This document shows, piece by piece, positions 6,931 through 14,414 of a stretch of 14,414 nt of DNA. The stretch comes from Candidatus Heimdallarchaeota archaeon. Lineage in GTDB: Archaea > Asgardarchaeota > Heimdallarchaeia > Heimdallarchaeales > Heimdallarchaeaceae. The position numbers and the translations under genes were made by a program. The notes beneath the pieces were generated by a model. It was given only the letters and a program-made list of their open reading frames with translations. It ran no database searches and had not been told where the DNA came from. The stretch's first letter is position 1. Every line of letters begins with the position of its first letter. Location of the stretch: positions 1 through 14,414 of the forward strand of contig DAOVET010000066.1 of the NCBI GenBank assembly GCA_030668825.1, read 5' to 3'.

Positions 6931-7794
6931 TTATTTTTCTAATAAGAAATCTGCTTCTTCCGCATTAAAGGAGCTTCTAACGAAAGGCGCTGAAGCTACA
7001 AATTGAAAACCCATCTCATAAGCTTTTTCTTCATACTCCTTAAATAAATCAGGATGAACAAATTCTTCGATTTCTAAGTCAGAACTAGGGGGTTTAAGAT
7101 ATTGACCAATAGTTAGGATGTCACAATCTACTTTTCTAAGATTTTTCATTACTTCCAAAACTTCTTCCTTTGTTTCTCCTAAACCTACCATTAAACCTGA
7201 TTTGGTAAGAAGCTCTGGGTTCATCTCTTTAACCAATTTAAGTAATCTAAGAGACTTTTTGTAATCTGCTTGAGGAGTAACTTTTCTGAAGAGCCGAGGG
7301 ACTACTTCCACATTATGATTAATAATGTCTGGTTTTGAATCGACCACAGTTTTAATGTCTTGTTCTTTGCCTTTTAAATCTGGAATAAGTAGTTCTATTA
7401 TAAGATTCTCGTCATAATCCCTTAACTTCTCTGTGATTTTAGCAAAATGAGCTGCTCCACTATCAGGTAAATCGTCTCTTGTTACAGAAGTAATAACAAC
7501 GTGCTTTAGCCCTAATCTTTTTGTTGCTTCAAGTAAATGGTCTGGCTCATGTTCATCTAAGGGTTTAGGTCTTCCAAAATCTATATCACAGAACTTACAA
7601 TCTCTTGTGCATATGTCTCCCATAACAAGAAAGGTGGCTGTCTTTTTTTCAAAACACTTACCAATGTTTGGACACATTGATTCTTCACATACAGTATGAA
7701 GTTCTAATTTTCTCAGTATTTGTTGAACTTCACGGATTTTTTCTCTATCCATGCTTCCTATTCGTAACCATTCAGGTTTTCGGAGCCTAGTCAT
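6931..7794 (-). CDS. lipA: Lipoyl synthase
   Basis: CEESMCPNIGKC (CX4CX5C), CTRDCKFC (radical SAM), VITSVTRDDL, NHNVE, KSGLMVGLGE, TIGQYL and VRSSF. Confidence 0.97.
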   Translation of the reverse strand: MTRLRKPEWLRIGSMDREKIREVQQILRKLELHTVCEESMCPNIGKCFEKKTATFLVMGDICTRDCKFCDIDFGRPKPLDEHEPDHLLEATKRLGLKHVVITSVTRDDLPDSGAAHFAKITEKLRDYDENLIIELLIPDLKGKEQDIKTVVDSKPDIINHNVEVVPRLFRKVTPQADYKKSLRLLKLVKEMNPELLTKSGLMVGLGETKEEVLEVMKNLRKVDCDILTIGQYLKPPSSDLEIEEFVHPDLFKEYEEKAYEMGFQFVASAPFVRSSFNAEEADFLLEK

Positions 7795-8491
7795 CTTTCT
7801 TAATCATCTCTTCTAATTGATTTTCTGTGATTTTTTCTAGTTTAAAATTGAATATCTTCTCGAATGCACTTTCGAATTTCTCATATATCTCCTTTATGTC
7901 CAATGACTTTCCAAGAACCTGTTTCATTGAAATTGGCTCATATTCAGTAATCCCACAAGGAATAATTAAGCGAAAATGATCCATATTTGTATTAACGTTC
8001 AATGCCAAACCATGGGATGTAATCCTTTTTGATGCTCTTGCTCCTATTGCCGCCAACTTCCATTTTCTTCCTTGGTAATCTACCCAGACTCCAGGATATC
8101 CTTTTTTTCTCCACCCTTCAATCTTATATTCTTTTAATAATTCAATCAAAGTTTCTTCCATACTCCAAACAAATTGATCTACACCCATATTCAACTTTAT
8201 CAAGTTAAGATGAAAGTAACCCACAAGTTGTCCTGGTCCATGATATGTTACCTCTCCTCCCCTCCTTACTTCTATAATGTCAATTTCTTCTTCTTCAAGA
8301 ATTTCATTAGTTGCTAAAATATCCTCTCTTGATCCCTTTTTTCCAATTGTAAAAATTGGATTGTGTTGTAAAACTAACAAGAAATTGGCAAACTCACTGT
8401 CGTTTTCCTTTTTACTTCTAATCCTCTGTTGCAAATCGAGGGAATAACTATATTCTAGGAGATTGTACTCGACAAGATAGCAGTTTCTCAT
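7787..8491 (-). CDS. lipB: Octanoyltransferase
   Basis: QHNPIFTIGK, RRGGEVTYHGPGQLVGY, KLAAIG, HGLALNV and F..IIPCG; overlaps the lipA start by 8 nt. Confidence 0.95.
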   Translation of the reverse strand: MRNCYLVEYNLLEYSYSLDLQQRIRSKKENDSEFANFLLVLQHNPIFTIGKKGSREDILATNEILEEEEIDIIEVRRGGEVTYHGPGQLVGYFHLNLIKLNMGVDQFVWSMEETLIELLKEYKIEGWRKKGYPGVWVDYQGRKWKLAAIGARASKRITSHGLALNVNTNMDHFRLIIPCGITEYEPISMKQVLGKSLDIKEIYEKFESAFEKIFNFKLEKITENQLEEMIKKDD

Positions 8492-8597
8492 TGTTTTCTG
8501 TTTTTACATGTATTTTTAGCAATTTTGGTTTGTCAGTTTCTTGTGTGTATCAGTAAAGTTGAAAAGTGAGTTCGTTATAGGTAGTAATTGGTTATCT

Positions 8598-9338
8598 ATG
8601 GCGAAATTTCTGACAATTTTACTTGCGGAAGCATCTATCGAATCCTTTCCAGAAGAACTGATGAAGGATATGAATGTGAGAAACTTCTTTTCTAAACTAA
8701 AGAAATCACCATCTGAAGTAATGCTAGATGTAAACTATCATAAGCAACTCATCGGAGGACTACCAGATTTTGAGAGACGAGGAAGGCCTGATATTGTTCA
8801 TTTCACTCTCTTGTCTTGTTTTGGTTCTATTTGTGCTAGAGAGGAAAGACTCCAAGTGATTATTCACACATATGATAACAGAGTAATATATCTCAATCCT
8901 GAAATAAGATTACCGAAAAGCATTGAGCGGTTTAACGGTCTATTCTTGCAGCTGTTTAAGAATGGAAGATCACCTCCAACAGGAGATGAAGTATTAATGA
9001 ATCTTACAAAGAGTTCACTTCCGAATCTTCTGGAAGAGTTACGGCAGAAACATGACATGATAATTGAGTTCAGTGTTAAAGGAGAACAACTTACTTCTCT
9101 TGAATATTCAAAAATAATTTTTGAATCCACAAATCCCTTACTAATATTTGGAGCTTTTCCACACGGAGATATAAAGAATTTACCAAGAGAACTAGTTGAC
9201 AAGAAGTTGGGAATTTATGAAGAAGGTTTAGATTTGTTTGCTGTAATATCTCAAATCCTTGCTAGTCAGCATATGATTGAAGAAGATTCACTTTCAAAAG
9301 AAAAAGGAACTGAAGAACAAAAAATTTCATGGGAGTAA
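8598..9338 (+). CDS. nep1: 16S rRNA pseudouridine N1-methyltransferase Nep1/EMG1
   Basis: LAEASIE, RRGRPDIVHFTLL, IHT, RLPK..ERFNGL and GAFPHGD. ATG 8598 preferred over the track start at 8541. Confidence 0.92.
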   Translation: MAKFLTILLAEASIESFPEELMKDMNVRNFFSKLKKSPSEVMLDVNYHKQLIGGLPDFERRGRPDIVHFTLLSCFGSICAREERLQVIIHTYDNRVIYLNPEIRLPKSIERFNGLFLQLFKNGRSPPTGDEVLMNLTKSSLPNLLEELRQKHDMIIEFSVKGEQLTSLEYSKIIFESTNPLLIFGAFPHGDIKNLPRELVDKKLGIYEEGLDLFAVISQILASQHMIEEDSLSKEKGTEEQKISWE

Positions 9339-9407
9339 GAATGGAAGAATAAAAGAGCGACTTCCTAACGACATGTTTAAATTATTTCTTTAATTCGCTC
9401 AAAATAG

Positions 9408-11534
9408 GTGACAATACTGCCATTAGCTAAATTAGATAAGTTATTGCATCCAGAAAGTGTTGCCATTATTGGTGCTAGCCCAGATAAGAAGAAAGTTGGA
9501 TATGCTGCCTTAAGAAACATGGTGTTAAGCGGTTTCAAAGGAAGACTTTATGCGATAAATCCAAAAGCGGATCAATATGGGGAGATTGAGGGTGTAAAGG
9601 TTTATGCAAGTATAAATGATATTGAAGATGAAGTTGATTTAGCTGTTATCTGTATTCCTGCAAGATTTATCCCATCATTAATGGACGATTTGGGGAAAAA
9701 AAGCGTTAAATATGCTGCTGTAATCACAGCTGGTTTTAAAGAAACTGGTTCTGAAGGTGCTGAGTTAGAGAAAAAAATTGTAGAGATTGCACGAAAATAT
9801 GGCATAAGAATTGTGGGTCCAAATATTTTGGGTGTTATGGATACATCTGCTCCTATGAATGCTAGTTTTGCAGAACGCTCACCTATTAAGGGTGATGTGG
9901 CATTTCTGAGTCAAAGTGGAGCTTTGTTGACAGGAATATTAGATTGGAGCTGTGCTGAGGGAATTGGATATTCAAGTTTTGTTTCTCTAGGGAACAAAGC
10001 TGATTTAGATGAAACAGATTTTATTGAAGCGTTAGCAGATGATGAGCACACTCTAGCAATTTTGGCATATCTTGAAAGCATAAGTAGGGGGCTTGATTTT
10101 ATCAAAATTTGCAAATCGGTCACTCGAAAAAAACCGGTTATTATCTTAAAATCTGGATGTTCAATAGCTGGAGCAAGAGCTGCTTCCTCGCACACAGGCA
10201 GTATGGCAGGAGTAGATACAACCTATAATGTGGCATTTGAGAAAGCTGGTGTGATAAGAGCAGATGATGCTCAAGAATTATTTGATATGGCTTTTGCTTT
10301 TAGCTTTATGCCTATTCCTGAAGGAAATAAAATAGTTATAATTACAAACGCGGGAGGACCTGGAATATTAGCTACAGACGCAGCAGAAAAATCTGGTCTT
10401 GAACTTGCAACACTTTCTACTGAGTTTAAAGATAAATTAAAATCCTTCTTACCACCAGCTGCAAACTTCAACAATCCTATTGATGCACTTGGAACCGCCC
10501 AAGCAGAAGATTATGGGAAGGTTCTAGAGCTGTCCTTGTTAAGTGACGATGTAGATGGTGTAATTCTAATTCTTACTCCTCAGGCAATGACTGAGGGTCA
10601 AGAAACTTCAGATAAAATAATAGAAATACGTAAAAAATATCCACACAAGCCCATTATCACTGTTTTCATAGGTGGGGAGATTTTAGGACCAAGTATTTAT
10701 CATTTGAAAAAGAACAAAATACCTTGTTTTCCTCATCCAGAAAGAGGTGTGCGAGCAATGGGCGCTCTTGCTGAATATGATAAAATTAGAAAAAGACTCG
10801 TTGATGATAAAATTCCAAATCTAGATAGAGACAAAGAACAAGTTAGAAGTATCTTTGATAAAGTTAAATCAGAAGGGCGGAAGAACTTATTGGGTACAGA
10901 AGCAATTAACGTTGCAAAAGCATATGGGATTTATGTTCCTAATACCAAATTAGCTCGATCAAAAGAAGAAGCTGCATCTTTAGCTGAGGAAATAGGCTTT
11001 CCTGTTGTAATGAAAATAACAAGCCCTGATATTATACATAAAACAGATATTGGTGGAGTAAGGTTAAATATCAAAAGCAAAGAAGAAGCTACCAAAACAT
11101 ATGAAGAAATAACCGCTAAAGCAAAAGAACATTATCCTGAAACCAAGCTTCTAGCAGTTGATGTTCAAAAGATGGAAAAGATAGGAAAAGAGCTCATTGT
11201 AGGGTCAATGAAGGATCCTCAATTTGGTTCTCTTGTTATGGTGGGTTTGGGAGGTGTTTATACTAACTTCTTTAAGGATGTAGCTTTTGGGTTAGCTCCA
11301 TTGACAAAATTAGAATCTAAAAAGATGTTACAGCGTACAAAAACATATACTCTTCTCAAAGGAGTACGGGGAGAACCACCATCCGATATAGCAGCAGTGA
11401 ATGAAACTTTACTTAGAGTATCATTATTAGTTACTGACTTTCCTGAAATAGAGGAACTAGATATCAATCCATTTTTTGTTTATGAGGAAGGAAAGGGTGT
11501 ATCTGCTTTGGATGTGAAAATAACTCTCGAATAG
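9408..11534 (+). CDS. ADP-forming acetate/acyl-CoA synthetase, fused alpha-beta
   Basis: SVAIIGAS, GPNILG, SQSGAL, SLGNKAD, ASSHTGS (phospho-His), TNAGGPG, NPID, HKTDIGGV and DINP. Confidence 0.93.
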   Translation: MTILPLAKLDKLLHPESVAIIGASPDKKKVGYAALRNMVLSGFKGRLYAINPKADQYGEIEGVKVYASINDIEDEVDLAVICIPARFIPSLMDDLGKKSVKYAAVITAGFKETGSEGAELEKKIVEIARKYGIRIVGPNILGVMDTSAPMNASFAERSPIKGDVAFLSQSGALLTGILDWSCAEGIGYSSFVSLGNKADLDETDFIEALADDEHTLAILAYLESISRGLDFIKICKSVTRKKPVIILKSGCSIAGARAASSHTGSMAGVDTTYNVAFEKAGVIRADDAQELFDMAFAFSFMPIPEGNKIVIITNAGGPGILATDAAEKSGLELATLSTEFKDKLKSFLPPAANFNNPIDALGTAQAEDYGKVLELSLLSDDVDGVILILTPQAMTEGQETSDKIIEIRKKYPHKPIITVFIGGEILGPSIYHLKKNKIPCFPHPERGVRAMGALAEYDKIRKRLVDDKIPNLDRDKEQVRSIFDKVKSEGRKNLLGTEAINVAKAYGIYVPNTKLARSKEEAASLAEEIGFPVVMKITSPDIIHKTDIGGVRLNIKSKEEATKTYEEITAKAKEHYPETKLLAVDVQKMEKIGKELIVGSMKDPQFGSLVMVGLGGVYTNFFKDVAFGLAPLTKLESKKMLQRTKTYTLLKGVRGEPPSDIAAVNETLLRVSLLVTDFPEIEELDINPFFVYEEGKGVSALDVKITLE

Positions 11535-11757
11535 AGAGTAATTTATGCATTTGTTTTTGTATTATTTCTGTATTATCCACGTAACTCTTTAATTATTCTC
11601 TTCTACTTTCAGTTACTATCAAGGTAATTTCTCGCATTTTAGCAGATAACAAAAAAAGAAGTTCATTTTTGTTTGCTAATTAGTTTTTTGGGTAGTTAAC
11701 AAGCATATTAGGTTCTCTTTAAAACCTCAAAACCTTGATATGAATATGATTGGTTTT

Positions 11758-12369
11758 TCAATCAACTTTATCTTTCGCACTTTCAAAGATAATAAATCCA
11801 GTCTTTAGTTTTTCTGCTTCTTCTTGTGAAAGTTCAATTGTCTCTAGTTTATTTGGATCTGCAGGAATGATGGATGAATTTCCAAAAGGATCTTCAACAA
11901 CAATATCGATTGGAAGATTATCTTTAATATAAGAATCTAAGAGTTTAACATATCCTCTAATCTTTTCTCTTTCTTCATCTGAACCTGCATCACCTAAGAG
12001 GAAAAACGCTTTTCCTCTAATGTCGTGAAGTATACCTTCAATATTGTTGATAAAACCTTCCGCATTAGGACCTGGTTCTATCATAGCCCCTATTTGTGGA
12101 AAGATTATCGTTCCGTTAGCAGCTCTTATGATTTTTGTTGTATAATCATCCTTATTTTCAGCATGGTAAATGTACCTGATTGGATCTTTGAATGAGAGAT
12201 TGATAAAATCATTGTGCTTAAAATGACAGTCAGAACAAACCATATTGAAAAACCAAAGTTGAGGAAAATGAGGGATATCCATTATCTTTTGTGTAATTTT
12301 TGTATTGGTACTGTTGCACACAGGACATTTGACTTCCATCAATTCAAAATTATGTTCTTCTGTTGTCAT
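11758..12369 (-). CDS. zpr1: Archaeal single-module ZPR1 zinc-finger protein
   Basis: CPVC...IPHF...CSDC, IEPG, GFINNIEG and EDPFGNS. Confidence 0.92.
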   Translation of the reverse strand: MTTEEHNFELMEVKCPVCNSTNTKITQKIMDIPHFPQLWFFNMVCSDCHFKHNDFINLSFKDPIRYIYHAENKDDYTTKIIRAANGTIIFPQIGAMIEPGPNAEGFINNIEGILHDIRGKAFFLLGDAGSDEEREKIRGYVKLLDSYIKDNLPIDIVVEDPFGNSSIIPADPNKLETIELSQEEAEKLKTGFIIFESAKDKVD

Positions 12370-12426
12370 TTAATCGCTTCTTACTTCTTTATAAATCATT
12401 TAAAGTTTAAGATAGAATGAAACTTA

Positions 12427-12451
12427 GTTCAAATAATCTACAAATTTGAAC
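12427..12451. promoter_or_regulatory. Inverted repeat in the divergent zpr1/glycosylase promoter region
   Basis: GTTCAAAT-N9-ATTTGAAC. Confidence 0.3.
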
Positions 12452-12487
12452 AGTAAATTTTTTTAGATTAAAATTCAAGGAGTATTT

Positions 12488-13126
12488 ATGAGAGAAGAGC
12501 TATTGGACGTATACAACAACCTCTATGAAGAATATGGTTCTCAAAACTGGTGGCCAGGCAAGGGGTTGGAAATCGCCATTGGAGCAATATTAACTCAACA
12601 AACTAATTGGAAAAATGTGGAAAAAGCTCTTCTTCAGTTGAAGAATGCACATTGCTTGAATATGGAATGTTTGCAGAAGATTTCTATTGAGGAATTAGAA
12701 AAACTAATCAAATCAAGTGGATTTTACCGCATAAAGGCTAGACGTTTAAAAAACCTAATAGAACTACTATCAATCAACCCACAACCTGATCGTAAAACTT
12801 TGTTATCAATAAAAGGGTTGGGTGATGAAACAGCGGACTCTATTATGCTTTACTTATTCGAAAAGAAATATTTTGTAATTGATTCCTATACATTTCGAAT
12901 TATGAATAGACTTGGTTTATACGATGGCAAGAATTACTTGGAACTCCAAAGACTATTTATGAAGAATCTTCCAAGTAAGTTACAGTTATATAAAGAATAT
13001 CATGCGTTGATAGTGAAACATGCAAAGAGTCATTGTATAAAGAGCAATCCTCAGTGTGTTAATTGTGTACTCAACAAAAGATGTCAATACAGTATAGAAC
13101 AAAACAAAAAGAGTATGGAGCGGTAA
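12488..13126 (+). CDS. Endonuclease III-related HhH-GPD DNA glycosylase with C-terminal 4Fe-4S motif
   Basis: WWP, GAILTQQTNW.NV, SGFY..KA, HhH LLSIKGLGDETAD, VIDSY and C-x6-C-x2-C-x5-C. Confidence 0.9.
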   Translation: MREELLDVYNNLYEEYGSQNWWPGKGLEIAIGAILTQQTNWKNVEKALLQLKNAHCLNMECLQKISIEELEKLIKSSGFYRIKARRLKNLIELLSINPQPDRKTLLSIKGLGDETADSIMLYLFEKKYFVIDSYTFRIMNRLGLYDGKNYLELQRLFMKNLPSKLQLYKEYHALIVKHAKSHCIKSNPQCVNCVLNKRCQYSIEQNKKSMER

Positions 13127-13128
13127 AT

Positions 13129-14328
13129 ATGTTTCTTAACAAAGAACAACAGAAGATGCTAGATGGGGAATCTGGACATGCAATTGCTAAACTCATCCAA
13201 TTAATTGTAAAAATCGGTGAAGTAAATGGTGCAACAAAACTTATTCCCATAAAGAATGCACAAATTGCGGGTGTTTCATACTTAACTGTTGGTGAACCCA
13301 TTTTCTCTTTTTTCAATATGTTATCTGAAGATAATGTCAAAGTTAGTGTCCCTAGCTGGTTAAATCCTGCTGGGATGGATATGAAAAAATGGAAAGAAAT
13401 GGGTATAAAAAATGATTTTGCTGAAAAACAGCGTAGAATTATACAGCAATATCAGGAAATGGGAATACAAACAACACTTACCTGTACACCATACTTGATT
13501 GGGCATAAGCCAAAATTTGGTGACCATTTAGCATGGAGTGAATCATCAGCTGTATCGATAGCTAACGCTTATTATGGTGCAAGGACAAACAGAGAAGGAG
13601 GTCCTTCCTCTTTAGCATCAGCTATAACTGGTTTTACTGCTGATTATGGGCTACACAAAAAGGAAAACAGAGTTCCTAGAATAGTTGTAAATGTAAAAGC
13701 AACAATTAATCATTTTTCAGATTTCTCCGCTCTGGGCTACTGGTATGGGGAAAAGTTTCATGGAATTATCCCATATTTTACAAGTATAAAAAATGCCAAT
13801 ATTGATCAAGTAAAAATGTTGGGCGCGGCAATGGCTGCATCAGGAAGTGTGGCTCACTTTCACATTGCAAAGCATACACCAGAAGCTGAAAAAGTTGATT
13901 TGAGTTCTGTAAGTGAAACAGTTACCTTCGATGAAAGCGATAAAAAACAAATATACAGCCACTTCAACCAAACAAAGGAAAGAGTAAATTTAGTGGCAAT
14001 TGGGTGTCCTCATACAAGTATTGAGGATATAAAGCTTATTGATTCATCTCTTGGAGATAAGTCTATCAAGGAGGGGATTAAATTCTGGGTTTTTTCCTCT
14101 CAAAAATTGATGCAAAATGATAAAGCAAAGAAACTTTTAACTAATTTGGAGGAAAAAGGAGTGAAAATATTTACTGATACTTGCATGGTCGTATCTCCTG
14201 TAGTTAGAGAAAATTACAAAAATATTTTGACCAATTCTGCCAAAGCAGCATTTTATCTCACTAGAGAAGGTACAAATAAAATTAGCTTACTCTCTTTGTC
14301 TGAAATTATAGAGAGGGTTTCTGAATGA
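13129..14328 (+). CDS. Aconitase X large subunit (DUF521; phosphomevalonate dehydratase-like)
   Basis: TCTPY, AWSESSA, GARTNREG, GCPH, DTCMVVSP and TNSAKAAFY. ATG 13129 follows GGAG and sits 2 nt after the upstream stop. Confidence 0.92.
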   Translation: MFLNKEQQKMLDGESGHAIAKLIQLIVKIGEVNGATKLIPIKNAQIAGVSYLTVGEPIFSFFNMLSEDNVKVSVPSWLNPAGMDMKKWKEMGIKNDFAEKQRRIIQQYQEMGIQTTLTCTPYLIGHKPKFGDHLAWSESSAVSIANAYYGARTNREGGPSSLASAITGFTADYGLHKKENRVPRIVVNVKATINHFSDFSALGYWYGEKFHGIIPYFTSIKNANIDQVKMLGAAMAASGSVAHFHIAKHTPEAEKVDLSSVSETVTFDESDKKQIYSHFNQTKERVNLVAIGCPHTSIEDIKLIDSSLGDKSIKEGIKFWVFSSQKLMQNDKAKKLLTNLEEKGVKIFTDTCMVVSPVVRENYKNILTNSAKAAFYLTREGTNKISLLSLSEIIERVSE

Positions 14329-14414
14329 AAACAATAAAAATACGTACTATTGTTGAAGGCACTGTAGAGGGAGTTGCTTTAGTTTCACCTATTCCAATTT
14401 CGTTTTTTGGTGGG
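14325..14414 (+). CDS. Aconitase X small (swivel, DUF126) subunit, partial
   Basis: Not in the ORF track. ATGA overlap with the large-subunit stop; MKTIKIRTIVEGTVEGVALVSPIPISFFGG matches the G..EG.ALVS..PISF.GG start of DUF126. Confidence 0.85.
   Translation, partial: MKTIKIRTIVEGTVEGVALVSPIPISFFGG

Noticed and set aside
11535-11757. ~220-bp gap between convergent genes as an ncRNA or small gene
   Set aside because: Only very short ORFs, T/A tracts consistent with terminators, and no GC-rich stems or clear C/D boxes.
8864-13340. Remaining short track ORFs (8864, 9602, 9911, 10271, 11258, 11750, 12214, 13071, and similarly 589, 1643, 1776, 5977)
   Set aside because: All lie antisense to well-supported genes and have no independent motifs.

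Overview
AT-rich archaeal chromosomal window. The archaeal call rests on GGTGA/GGAG ribosome-binding sites, a BHB-intron tRNA, Nep1, ZPR1, an AcnX pair and form III RuBisCO with R15P isomerase; an Asgard-like lineage is only a guess from gene content. The backbone carries a partial RuBisCO large subunit, ribose-1,5-bisphosphate isomerase, a flavodoxin, an FTR1 iron permease, a small Cys-rich Zn-finger protein, lipB-lipA, Nep1, a fused ADP-forming acyl-CoA synthetase, ZPR1, an HhH-GPD glycosylase and both AcnX (phosphomevalonate dehydratase-like) subunits. The standout is a ~3.2 kb island (2139..5350) inserted at a CAU-anticodon tRNA (probably Ile2) that has two introns (positions 23/24 and 37/38). 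The island is bounded by a 60-bp direct repeat made of the tRNA 3' exon plus the whole canonical intron. It has no recognisable integrase and encodes one 986-aa orphan protein with candidate PD-(D/E)XK nuclease motifs. Joining the two ends in silico at the shared AAT gives a perfect 20-bp palindrome across the anticodon-loop/intron junction.
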